A stretch of 64,000 nucleotides of DNA from assembly GCA_902598825.1 (NCBI GenBank), contig CACKDD010000001.1, forward strand, positions 4,537-68,536. Reading direction: 5' to 3'. The notes under the pieces are model-generated. The model saw only the letters and a list, made by a program, of their open reading frames with translations, did no database searches and was not told where the DNA came from. Numbering within the stretch: position 1 is the stretch's first letter; the number at the start of each line of letters is the position of its first letter. Source of the DNA: an uncultured Pelagibacteraceae bacterium (GTDB lineage: Bacteria; Pseudomonadota; Alphaproteobacteria; Pelagibacterales; Pelagibacteraceae). The translations under genes and the position numbers were made by a program. Positions 1-8,553 of this stretch are shown piece after piece.

Positions 1-1019
1 GGTTTGTATTTAACAACCAAGAGCTAAAAGATGATGAACTGGCTGACCTTTTTGAAGAAGTGGAAAAAGTTAATAATAATCAGCCAATTACTTTTTTTGA
101 AATTCTTACAGCATGTTACTTTTATAAAGCTGCTCAATATCCAGAGAATATTAACTTAGTCGAGTCTGGTTTATTTTTTAGATTTGATGCCACTAACATA
201 CTAAAGAAAAATTTAGCAACCATTATAACATCAATAAGCAAAGATCATTTAGATTGGCTTCCTAAAAATGACCAAACTATTGAGAAAATTGTTTTTGAAA
301 AAACTTCAAATCTTTTGAATTCAAATGTCATAGTAGCAAAACAAAATCAAAATACGATGAACTATATCAAAAAGAATATTTCTAAGAATCAGTCAAACAA
401 GATTTTCTTTAATGAAGACTTTTCTTTTACAAATGGAGAAAATGGTTACTTTTATTATGAGGATAAATTTGGTGGATTGAAATTACCAGAACCAAATGTT
501 CTTGGTCTGTATCAATTAGAGAATATTTCTACTGCTATAGTAACTTTAAGAATGTTAGATTTTAACATAAAAGATGAAAACATTAAAAAGGGCATCCAAA
601 AAATTAATAATATTGCAAGACTTCAAGAGATTACTGCTGGAAACTTAAAAAATTTAGTTAAGAATAATCTATTTTTAATATCTGGAGATCATAATGAGGA
701 TGGCGCAAGGGTATTAAATGATTACCTTCAAAGTTTAGATTGTAATAAACATATAATAGTTGGTATGATGGCAAATAAAGACCATGAAAGTTATATTAGA
801 TATCTAAAAAACATTTCGTCAATCACAACTGTTGATATTCCTAATCAACCAAATGCTATTAGTGGTAAAAAGTTAAAAGATAAATTTAATCACTTACCAA
901 ATGTAAAGTATGCTGAAAGTGTTGAGAAAGCTATAAAATCTATAGAATTAAATCGAGGAGACTTATTAATAATTACTGGATCACTTTATTTATGTTCAGA
1001 AGTTTTAAACTTAAATTAG
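1..1019 (+). CDS. folC: Bifunctional folylpolyglutamate/dihydrofolate synthase, 5'-truncated by window edge
   Basis: Frame open from position 3 (FVFNNQELKDDEL...); motifs TFFEILT, ESGLFFRFDATN, C-terminal ITGSLY. Confidence 0.9.
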   Translation, partial: FVFNNQELKDDELADLFEEVEKVNNNQPITFFEILTACYFYKAAQYPENINLVESGLFFRFDATNILKKNLATIITSISKDHLDWLPKNDQTIEKIVFEKTSNLLNSNVIVAKQNQNTMNYIKKNISKNQSNKIFFNEDFSFTNGENGYFYYEDKFGGLKLPEPNVLGLYQLENISTAIVTLRMLDFNIKDENIKKGIQKINNIARLQEITAGNLKNLVKNNLFLISGDHNEDGARVLNDYLQSLDCNKHIIVGMMANKDHESYIRYLKNISSITTVDIPNQPNAISGKKLKDKFNHLPNVKYAESVEKAIKSIELNRGDLLIITGSLYLCSEVLNLN

Positions 1020-1333
1020 ATATTTTTTTCTAAAAATTCTTTCATGTGGCTTTCTGGAACTCCACCAACTTTCCTATCTACCTCTACACCTTTTTTATAA
1101 ATAATGACTGTAGGCACACCTCTTATTCCTGCAGCACTTCCTGTATTTATCCCACCGTCTTCAATATCTGCATAATAAAATCCTGCTTTATCTTTATACT
1201 CTTCAGCTAATTTATCCATAACTGGCTTTAAGGTTTTACATGGTCCGCACCAAGCGGCACTAAATTGAATAACTGACACATCTTCATTTTTAACTTTATT
1301 ATCAAAGTCTTCGTCTTTAAAATCTATAAGCAT
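1016..1333 (-). CDS. trxA: Thioredoxin
   Basis: WCGPC active site, 105 aa, convergent with folC. Confidence 0.95.
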   Translation of the reverse strand: MLIDFKDEDFDNKVKNEDVSVIQFSAAWCGPCKTLKPVMDKLAEEYKDKAGFYYADIEDGGINTGSAAGIRGVPTVIIYKKGVEVDRKVGGVPESHMKEFLEKNI

Positions 1334-1367
1334 ATTTCCTTTCTATTAATAAGTATCCTAAAGTCAA

Positions 1368-2804
1368 CTAGGCAATTTCATATTTTTTTTCAATAGACAT
1401 AATAAATTCATTAATTTCATCTAATTTTTTTAGTTCTTCTTCATCATCTTTGTTATCTGCTTGATCTCGTAATATATCGATTTCATCATAAGCCATTCCT
1501 ATAGTTTGCCACTTTTCTTTATTTTTACTTAAAATTCTTCTCGCAATTTCACTTTTAATGTTTTTATATAAATCTGGTGGTAAAATCTGTGGTGCTTCTT
1601 GATAGATAATTTTTTGCCCAAACCAGCTACATCTTTTATCTTGAAATTTATCTAACATTCTTAATTTGTCTTCCCAGGAAGAGCTGTGCCATATTTTAAA
1701 TAAGGAGGTATCTTTGTTTGGAATAAACTTTTCATATAAAGTTTCCTCTGGTAATAAATCTTCTTGGGTTTTGGTTTGTGCTTTTTCCTCTGCTGCTTCT
1801 CTATTAATAATTTGAATATTTTGACAAAATTTTTCGCTATTTCTTACAAGTTCTGCCCTTTTTTTAATTTCCTCTATATCAAGATCAGAATAAGCCTTTT
1901 CTTTTAGTGCAAACTTTTTATCTAAAACTATTGGAGCTTTATTAGTCTTAATCACCCGAAGTGCTTTGGGACTGATCTTTTTCAAATTTGCTTTAAGCTC
2001 ATTTACAGACATATTTAAAAATGGCTCTGGATCTCTTCTTAAATCCCATAAATACCCCCAAGATGCATAAGAAGGATGAAAACAATGAGCTGGATGTAAT
2101 GTACAAACTAGATACATCATATTTCTTCCCTTAACATTTTCAAAAATTGAATATATGCCTTCGCCTTTTAAAATAGACTCCACACTACTTTTTGTCGAAG
2201 TACCTAAAAATTTTTCCCAATTTGTTTTATGTTTATCTTTTATTATTCTTAAAATTTTTAAGGAATTATGTGCGTCTACATAGGCAGTGTGGGCTGCTGA
2301 AGTATCAAAACCTTGCTGACGGGCCAAACCCTCCAAAGCTAAACTCTCATTTCCTGCTTCTGTTAATTCTGTTTTTAGTGTTTTAGAATCTATAGTTTGA
2401 GCAGCTCTTGCTACATGTAAGCCATCGTGTTCCTGATTTGGTGAAGAATGAGTTAAATAAGGATACCTATTTCCCTTAAAAAAATTGAAATGAAACATTC
2501 TTCTGTCAAAATTTAAATTACTCCAGCCCATAAACATAGCTGGTGCAGCTTTTACAAAGAAATTTTCAACTGCACCTAAAAATTCATAATGTGAATAGTT
2601 GCCTTTAGTAAGTAAATCAATACTTGTAGAGTTAACTAAAAGTGCTTTAGCAGAAGGGACTTCTCCTTCTGGCATTCTGCCTCTGATATTTAGTTTTCCA
2701 ATCTCTTTAAGATTTTTATCAACTACAACTGCCCCGACTTCAATAATTGATCCCCAAATAGTGCTGTTGGTCGTTTCTGTGTCGTAAATTACTATTTTAT
2801 CCAT
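1368..2804 (-). CDS. sbcB: Exodeoxyribonuclease I-like DEDDh 3'-5' exonuclease
   Basis: YDTETT (ExoI motif), NLNFD (ExoII), AHTAYVD (ExoIII); length and C-terminal helical region like ExoI. Confidence 0.8.
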   Translation of the reverse strand: MDKIVIYDTETTNSTIWGSIIEVGAVVVDKNLKEIGKLNIRGRMPEGEVPSAKALLVNSTSIDLLTKGNYSHYEFLGAVENFFVKAAPAMFMGWSNLNFDRRMFHFNFFKGNRYPYLTHSSPNQEHDGLHVARAAQTIDSKTLKTELTEAGNESLALEGLARQQGFDTSAAHTAYVDAHNSLKILRIIKDKHKTNWEKFLGTSTKSSVESILKGEGIYSIFENVKGRNMMYLVCTLHPAHCFHPSYASWGYLWDLRRDPEPFLNMSVNELKANLKKISPKALRVIKTNKAPIVLDKKFALKEKAYSDLDIEEIKKRAELVRNSEKFCQNIQIINREAAEEKAQTKTQEDLLPEETLYEKFIPNKDTSLFKIWHSSSWEDKLRMLDKFQDKRCSWFGQKIIYQEAPQILPPDLYKNIKSEIARRILSKNKEKWQTIGMAYDEIDILRDQADNKDDEEELKKLDEINEFIMSIEKKYEIA

Positions 2805-2806
2805 TT

Positions 2807-3493
2807 TTAAATTAAATTTGAGAGTTCATTAAATTTTTTTAATCTTCCTAAGAATAAATTTTGGTAAGTAATTAATTCTGAGCCTTGAATTTTAAATTCT
2901 TGAAATAGATTATCTACTGTACAAACAAGAATTACACAAGATGTGATGTTTGTATTATACACAATATTGTGAGCTAAAGAATACGCGCTGGTTTGTAAAA
3001 ACCATGAATCTATATACTCAGCTTTTTTTGGTTTATTAGATTGCTTGAAATCAATTATGCATGATTGTCCTTCATATACACCAACACAGTCAGCAGTTCC
3101 TGCATATTTTTCTGGATAGTAAAGAGTACATTCAACTCCCCATATTTCTTCTAACCTATTTTTTAAACCTTTATCAATAATTTGTTTAGCCATAGATTTG
3201 TATTGTTCACCATCTTCAAAAAAACTTAAATTTTCTCTACCTAAAAGAAAAGACTCTAAATAATTATGCATTTTAGAACCTCGACTGCTCGCAGCTTTTG
3301 TAATTGCTTCGGCTTCTTTTTGACCAGTTCTTTCGCGCCAATTGGCTAAGGCTGCTTTATCTTCTTCAGATTTGGTTGCGTCTAAAATTGAAGTAACACT
3401 TGGTAGTTTTGACTCTCCTAGTACATATCTTCTAATTCCATCTACTGTTGCTCTTGATGACGAAGGATAATCATATTTTCTATTCCATTGCAT
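2807..3493 (-). CDS. PD-(D/E)XK exonuclease, RecB-nuclease/MGME1/phage-exonuclease-like; start revised to ATG at 3493 (MQWNRKYDYP)
   Basis: LPSVTSIL, RGSKMH, E..L, YAGTADC, IIDFKQS, QTSAY motifs; the longer ORF start overlaps rmuC. Confidence 0.8.
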   Translation of the reverse strand: MQWNRKYDYPSSSRATVDGIRRYVLGESKLPSVTSILDATKSEEDKAALANWRERTGQKEAEAITKAASSRGSKMHNYLESFLLGRENLSFFEDGEQYKSMAKQIIDKGLKNRLEEIWGVECTLYYPEKYAGTADCVGVYEGQSCIIDFKQSNKPKKAEYIDSWFLQTSAYSLAHNIVYNTNITSCVILVCTVDNLFQEFKIQGSELITYQNLFLGRLKKFNELSNLI

Positions 3494-3530
3494 GAAGTTT
3501 CTTATAATCGGTATTAAATGAAAAAAGAAA

Positions 3531-4622
3531 TTAATTTTTAAGCTGTTTATTTCTTTCAACAAATTTTTCAACATTTTCTGTTTGAACAGCTTTCTCAACC
3601 TGCTCGGGATCTTTTATATTTTCTAAAGTTCTACTAATTGATCTTGCATCAGTACCAAACTTATCTACCACATTCATCGCTTCTTCTAATTTTTTTCTAA
3701 GTGTAATTATATTTTCAAAATGTTTTCCAAATCTTGTGGTGATAGTTTTAAGATGATTATATATTTCTGTAGCCCCTTTTTGAACTTTCAGTGATTGAAA
3801 TCCCATATGTAAGGATTGTAAATAAGCTGAAAGAGTATTAGGGCCACAAATTACTATTTTATATTTTTTCATTAGTTCTTGAGTTAATAGTTCTTTTGTG
3901 CTCGGATCTTGATATTCAGTCAATTCTTTATAAAGACTCTCTGTTGGTGCATACACTATTGCAAAATCTGTTGATTTAGGTGGAACTATATATTTTTCCA
4001 TTACACTTTTAGCTTTAGCTTTGAAAGCATTTGCTAGTTTTGTTCTAGCATCAGCAACTTCTCTTTTATCATCAGCTTCATGTGCGTCAGTAATTGCTTT
4101 AAATTTTTCTACAGGAAAATGAGAGTCTACTGGAACTAAAACATCTCCTTGAAGTTTAATCGCAAATTCTACATTTTCACTCGTATCTTCTTTCATTTTT
4201 ACATTTGTCATGAATTGAGATGCAGGCAATAAATCTTTAATTAAAGCATCTAGAGAATACTCTGCTAAGGTTCCATATTTTTTAACACCTGCTAAAATTT
4301 TAGTAATACCCTCCTGGCTTTGATTTAGTAATTGTACCTGTTGATTAAAATTACCAACCTTCTCATCAACTTTTGTTAAAGCTTCAGTCATATCCTTTGT
4401 AACCCCAGTTGATAATGCATTGAAGGAAGTCGACATGGTACCAAGTGAAGTATTGATAGTATTATTTAATGTATCTTTTAATGTAACTATTTCAGTTTTT
4501 AAGTTGGCTATTTCTTCAGACTCTTTACTGTCTGACTTGGGTTTAGATCTGATATTCAAATACAAAATAGCTAATGTCGTGCCTAACAAAGAAACTAAAA
4601 TAATTAATAAAATTGTGTCCAT
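3531..4622 (-). CDS. rmuC: DNA recombination protein RmuC
   Basis: N-terminal TM helix, coiled coil, GTLAEYSL, VEFAIKL, VDSHFP, TDFAIVYAPTESLY, GPNTL motifs. Confidence 0.88.
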   Translation of the reverse strand: MDTILLIILVSLLGTTLAILYLNIRSKPKSDSKESEEIANLKTEIVTLKDTLNNTINTSLGTMSTSFNALSTGVTKDMTEALTKVDEKVGNFNQQVQLLNQSQEGITKILAGVKKYGTLAEYSLDALIKDLLPASQFMTNVKMKEDTSENVEFAIKLQGDVLVPVDSHFPVEKFKAITDAHEADDKREVADARTKLANAFKAKAKSVMEKYIVPPKSTDFAIVYAPTESLYKELTEYQDPSTKELLTQELMKKYKIVICGPNTLSAYLQSLHMGFQSLKVQKGATEIYNHLKTITTRFGKHFENIITLRKKLEEAMNVVDKFGTDARSISRTLENIKDPEQVEKAVQTENVEKFVERNKQLKN

Positions 4623-4652
4623 GATTCGTATCTTGTATTATAAGGGTTTTTA

Positions 4653-4784
4653 ATGGAATTATATTTTATTTTGAAAATTATATTTATAATAGCCATTTTG
4701 ATAGCTCTTTACGCAATATTTAGAAATTTAGATATTATCAAAATAATCCTTATTTATTTCAAAGATAAATTACTTGGTAAGTAA
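4653..4784 (+). CDS. Small membrane protein, 43 aa (MELYFILKIIFIIAILIALYAIFRNLDIIKIILIYFKDKLLGK)
   Basis: Hand-translated; AAGGG upstream; fills the rmuC-hisG gap; hydrophobic helix; stop overlaps hisG 3' end. Confidence 0.5.
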   Translation: MELYFILKIIFIIAILIALYAIFRNLDIIKIILIYFKDKLLGK

Positions 4785-5456
4785 TTTAACTAAAGCTTTT
4801 AACCCTTTTTTTTTAAAGTTTTTCTTTGAAGTAAAAATACATGCTTGGGATTTTAAAATCTCGCCATCTTTTAAAATACGAAGATTATTACTTTTTATAG
4901 TCTCGCCAGTAGAACTGATATCAGTAATCAAATTTGCAGAACCTGTAAAAGGATAGGCCTCTGTAGCGCCCAAACTTTCAACTAATTGAAATTGTGTTAC
5001 ACCCTTTGAGAATAAGAATTCTTTAGTCAAGTTTGGATACTTGGTTGCAACTCTTAATTTTTTTTTCTTTTTATCCCTAAATTCAAAAGCAATTTCTTCC
5101 AAATCAGCTACTGTTTGCACATCAATCCACGGATCTGGAATAGCAACAACTAGAGTTGCTTTTCCAAACTCATACTTTTTGACTAAGTTAATTTTTTTTT
5201 GGATATTAATTTCTCCCTCTTTAAGTAAATCAAAGCCTGAAAAACCTATATCTAAAGAACCATCTCCTAATCTTTGAATAATTTCTCTTGCATGCAAATA
5301 AAGAATTTTAATGTTTGATTTATCTTTAATAGAACCAATTAAATCCCTCTCACCTCGTTCAGAAACTAGTTTTAATTTTTTCTTTTTAAAAATGTTTAAA
5401 ACGTCTTTTCTAAGCCTGCCTTTACTTGGAATTCCTATATTAATTATATTTTTCAT
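4770..5456 (-). CDS. hisG: ATP phosphoribosyltransferase, short form
   Basis: GIPSKGRL, VATKYP, GATEAYP, ITDISSTGET. Confidence 0.95.
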   Translation of the reverse strand: MKNIINIGIPSKGRLRKDVLNIFKKKKLKLVSERGERDLIGSIKDKSNIKILYLHAREIIQRLGDGSLDIGFSGFDLLKEGEINIQKKINLVKKYEFGKATLVVAIPDPWIDVQTVADLEEIAFEFRDKKKKKLRVATKYPNLTKEFLFSKGVTQFQLVESLGATEAYPFTGSANLITDISSTGETIKSNNLRILKDGEILKSQACIFTSKKNFKKKGLKALVKLLTK

Positions 5457-5457
5457 T

Positions 5458-6510
5458 TTAATAATTTAAATTTAAAGCAGCCCCTACTGCTGATATTTGT
5501 TTTTTAGATCCAAGGTCAGAAATTAATTGATCATACCTTCCGCCATTAATTATATTTTTAATCTTATTATTTAATTTGATATCAATTTTAAAAACCATAC
5601 CTGTGTAATATTCAAGTTGTCTTCCAAATGAGGTTGAAAAAACAACATTTAGTTTTGAAGTTTTATTAACTGAGGTTGGAAAGTATCTTTGATCTACCAC
5701 CAAGTTTATTTGATATTTCTTAAAGAATTTGTTTAATATATCTGCAGCTTTATCGATTGGACATTTAATCTTTAAAAACTCTTTAATAATTTTTGATACA
5801 TTTCTTCCTTTACTCGGACGTCTTGGATCTTTTATCTTTTTATCAAAACGCTTTAAAATTTCTTCAATTGATCTTTCAGCAACGATTGAGTTCTTATCAC
5901 CTTTGAGCATTTTTAGATAACGTTTTTTATCTATCTCAACAATAGTTGGATCAACATCAGAGTTTGTTTCCAACCTTTTTAATAAATCATTAAAATAGTC
6001 TTCTCTCCAAAAATGTCTTGATAATCTTAATTTCCATCTAGTTGGAATATCCAGTTTAGATATTAAAAGTTTAAATATTTCAACATTTCCTAATGTTAAA
6101 GTGCCCGAGGTATATTTTAAATTTTTTAAAGAATTTAATGAAGTTTTAATAATTTCTTTATCGTCATTTTTTTCATCTTTAGAACCGATGATTTCAAATC
6201 CAATTTGATTTCTAATTATAGAGTCTTTTCTATTTTGAGATTTCCTATAGGCTTGACCACTATAAAATATTTTTTCTTTACCCCTTAAGTTACTTTCTAA
6301 ATATCTTAGGCAAGAAACTATTGTTAAATCTGGACGTAAACATAGCTCATTCCCATTTTGATCAATAAATGAAAAAATAAATTTTCTAAAATTTTCACCA
6401 GATCTTTGAACAATATGATTAGTTTCAATTACTGAGGGTAATTCAATATATTTAAATCCTTTGCCTTTAACAGACTTTAGGATTTTTTCAGATAAGTTTT
6501 TTGATTTCAT
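5458..6510 (-). CDS. hisZ: ATP phosphoribosyltransferase regulatory subunit
   Basis: CLRPDLT, YYTGMVF, GGRYD; between hisS and short hisG. Confidence 0.92.
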   Translation of the reverse strand: MKSKNLSEKILKSVKGKGFKYIELPSVIETNHIVQRSGENFRKFIFSFIDQNGNELCLRPDLTIVSCLRYLESNLRGKEKIFYSGQAYRKSQNRKDSIIRNQIGFEIIGSKDEKNDDKEIIKTSLNSLKNLKYTSGTLTLGNVEIFKLLISKLDIPTRWKLRLSRHFWREDYFNDLLKRLETNSDVDPTIVEIDKKRYLKMLKGDKNSIVAERSIEEILKRFDKKIKDPRRPSKGRNVSKIIKEFLKIKCPIDKAADILNKFFKKYQINLVVDQRYFPTSVNKTSKLNVVFSTSFGRQLEYYTGMVFKIDIKLNNKIKNIINGGRYDQLISDLGSKKQISAVGAALNLNY

Positions 6511-7882
6511 TTATTAAATTTGATTTTGGGATTGTTTGGTTATTTTCACCCTTAACACCTCTAAGGTTTTTAATGGTCACTGTATTATCATTAAACTCAT
6601 TTTCCCCACAAATAATTGCTACTGTTAATTTACGCTTGTTTGCTAAATCGAGTTGTTTACCAAGATTTTTTTTGGTGTTTAAAAAAACTTCTGCATTAAT
6701 ATTATTATCTCTTAATTGATCAACAATTTCATAATAATTCTTTAAGTATTTTTCATCCATGACACAAACTAAAACTGGTTTTTGATCTTGTACTTGAATT
6801 TGGTTTAACTGAATTAATGCGAATAACAACCTGTCTACACCAAAACTAATTCCAGTCCCAGGAACATCAACACCTCTAAACCTTGAAATAAGTTTGGCAT
6901 ACGATCCTCCTGAACAGATACTTCCTAACTCAATTTCCTTACCTTTATTATTAGTCACTTTGAAATTTAAATTTGTTTCGACTATAAATGAGTCGTAGTA
7001 CGAGAGCCCTCTCACAATCGTGAAGTTTGTTTTAACTTGATTTAAATTTGAACCATATCCAAGTAATTGAAATACATTATCTAATTCTTGAATTCCTTCT
7101 TGAGATAATGGATTTTTCAAAGTTTCTTTTAATTTTTTTAAATCTTTTATTTTTAGAAAGTTTAATATTTGTGCTGCCTGTTCGTTGCTTAAATCAGCTC
7201 CTTTAGTAATAGCTCCACTTTGATCTTTTCTCTCTTTTTTAAGTAAGTCTTCAACTCCCTTTAATCCAAAGCCAGGCTTATCGAGTTTATCAATTGCTCT
7301 AATAACTTTTATTTGTTTTTCCTCAGAAATTTTTAAATCATCAATTAAACCCTGAACTATTTTTCTGTTACTCACATTAATTGTAAATTGATCTTTTTTT
7401 AATCCACAATCTGCTAGCGTGCTTGATATTAAATTACAAAGCTCTGCATTTGCTTGTGCAGGATTAACATTTCCAACAATATCAAAATCTGCTTGCATAA
7501 ATTCTCTGTATCGACCATTTCCAGCTTTTTCATTTCTGAATACATTTTGAATTTGATATCGCTTAAAGATTGATGGAAGTTCTTGGTTATTTTGAGCATA
7601 AAATCTTGCAAGGGGACTTGAGAGATCGTAACGAAGAATTATATTCTTGTCTCCATCCTTAAATGAAAATACATCAGACATAGGATTAGCTTCATCTTCT
7701 GCCAAAAAAGATCCTATATTTTCTGCTATTTCGAACGAGGGAGTTTCAAGAGCTTCAGCTCCGAATTTTATAAAATTATTCTCAATAGCTTCTAAAAGCT
7801 TTTTTTTGAGAAGAATTTTTTTATCCCAACGATCTTCAAATCCTGGGGGTAATCCAGGAACTAGTTTATTTTTTTTATTCAT
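6488..7882 (-). CDS. hisS: Histidyl-tRNA synthetase; start revised to ATG at 7882
   Basis: LRYDL, FRNEK..GRYREFMQADFD, VRGLSYY, GISFGVDRL; the upstream extension runs through tRNA-His. Confidence 0.95.
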   Translation of the reverse strand: MNKKNKLVPGLPPGFEDRWDKKILLKKKLLEAIENNFIKFGAEALETPSFEIAENIGSFLAEDEANPMSDVFSFKDGDKNIILRYDLSSPLARFYAQNNQELPSIFKRYQIQNVFRNEKAGNGRYREFMQADFDIVGNVNPAQANAELCNLISSTLADCGLKKDQFTINVSNRKIVQGLIDDLKISEEKQIKVIRAIDKLDKPGFGLKGVEDLLKKERKDQSGAITKGADLSNEQAAQILNFLKIKDLKKLKETLKNPLSQEGIQELDNVFQLLGYGSNLNQVKTNFTIVRGLSYYDSFIVETNLNFKVTNNKGKEIELGSICSGGSYAKLISRFRGVDVPGTGISFGVDRLLFALIQLNQIQVQDQKPVLVCVMDEKYLKNYYEIVDQLRDNNINAEVFLNTKKNLGKQLDLANKRKLTVAIICGENEFNDNTVTIKNLRGVKGENNQTIPKSNLINEIKKLI

Positions 7883-7886
7883 TTTT

Positions 7887-7961
7887 TGGTACCCGGGCTG
7901 AGAATCGAACTCAAACTTAAAGTTCCACAAACTTTCGTGCTAACCGTTACACCACCCAGGC
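7887..7961 (-). tRNA. tRNA-His(GTG)
   Basis: Cloverleaf GCCTGGG...CCCGGGT-A-CCA; anticodon arm AAAGT-TT-GTG-GA-ACTTT; T-loop TTCGATT. Confidence 0.95.
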
Positions 7962-8008
7962 ATTCCTTGTTTTTATATTATTTTTGTGTGGATTAAAAAT
8001 TATATTAT

Positions 8009-8030
8009 AAATAAATAGCCTATAGGCTAT
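8009..8030 (-). terminator. Hairpin ATAGCC-TATA-GGCTAT followed by U-rich tail; candidate terminator/attenuator
   Basis: Perfect 16-nt palindrome at 8015-8030, followed on the - strand by TTATTT. Confidence 0.5.
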
Positions 8031-8088
8031 GGAAACAGTTTCTGTGAGAACTGATTGAAGTTGTCATTAATGTATTATTTATAATCAT
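8020..8088 (-). CDS. Candidate leader peptide, 22 aa (MIINNTLMTTSISSHRNCFHSL)
   Basis: Hand-translated; two His codons near the end; stop inside the hairpin; TTGAAT-N17-TAAAAG ends 6 nt before the ATG. Confidence 0.35.
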   Translation of the reverse strand: MIINNTLMTTSISSHRNCFHSL

Positions 8089-8127
8089 GCGGGTCTTTTA
8101 TGATAAATATTTAAATTATTCAACCCT

Positions 8128-8171
8128 TAAAAGAAAAGGACGTTAATCTATTTCAAAGAAAAACGTCCTTT
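8128..8171 (-). terminator. Rho-independent terminator of the cold-shock gene
   Basis: AAAGGACGTT (8135-8144) / AACGTCCTTT (8162-8171) inverted repeat with a U-rich tail on the - strand. Confidence 0.6.
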
Positions 8172-8184
8172 AAAAATTTTAATA

Positions 8185-8397
8185 TTAGTCTAATTTTTTT
8201 AAATTTACCGCTGATGGGCCTTTTGGACCATCTTCAAGAGTAAATTCTATTTTATCACCTTCATTAAGGTATCTCATACCAGCTGCTTTCACTGCACTCG
8301 CATGGACAAAAGCATCTTTTTCTTTATCTTCTCTTTCAATGAATCCAAAGCCTTTCTTGCCATTGAACCATTTAACTGTTCCTTTTAATGTACTCAT
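8185..8397 (-). CDS. cspA: Cold-shock protein
   Basis: GTVKWFN..KGFGFI and FVHASA RNP motifs. Confidence 0.92.
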   Translation of the reverse strand: MSTLKGTVKWFNGKKGFGFIEREDKEKDAFVHASAVKAAGMRYLNEGDKIEFTLEDGPKGPSAVNLKKLD

Positions 8398-8472
8398 CTT
8401 ATTTCTTAGTCCTTTTGTTATTATTATCTTACGATGTTAATTTTTATTATAAGAATTTTCAAGATATTTTGA

Positions 8473-8547
8473 TGGTGCCTCGGGAAGGATTCGCACCTCC
8501 GACACAAGCCTTTTCAGGGCTCTGCTCTACTCCTGAGCTACCGAGGC
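8473..8547 (-). tRNA. tRNA-Phe(GAA)
   Basis: GCCTCGG...CCGAGGC-A-CCA; anticodon arm GAGCC-CT-GAA-AA-GGCTT; atypical T-loop TGCGAAT. Confidence 0.93.
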
Positions 8548-8553
8548 AAATGA

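Noticed and set aside
2807-3493. Nuclease read as Cas4 or as a prophage gene
   Set aside because: No Cas4 four-Cys Fe-S pattern, no CRISPR array, cas genes, integrase or phage structural genes in the window
7883-7930. N-terminal extension of the hisS ORF in the track
   Set aside because: It runs through the tRNA-His gene; the ATG at 7882 fits better
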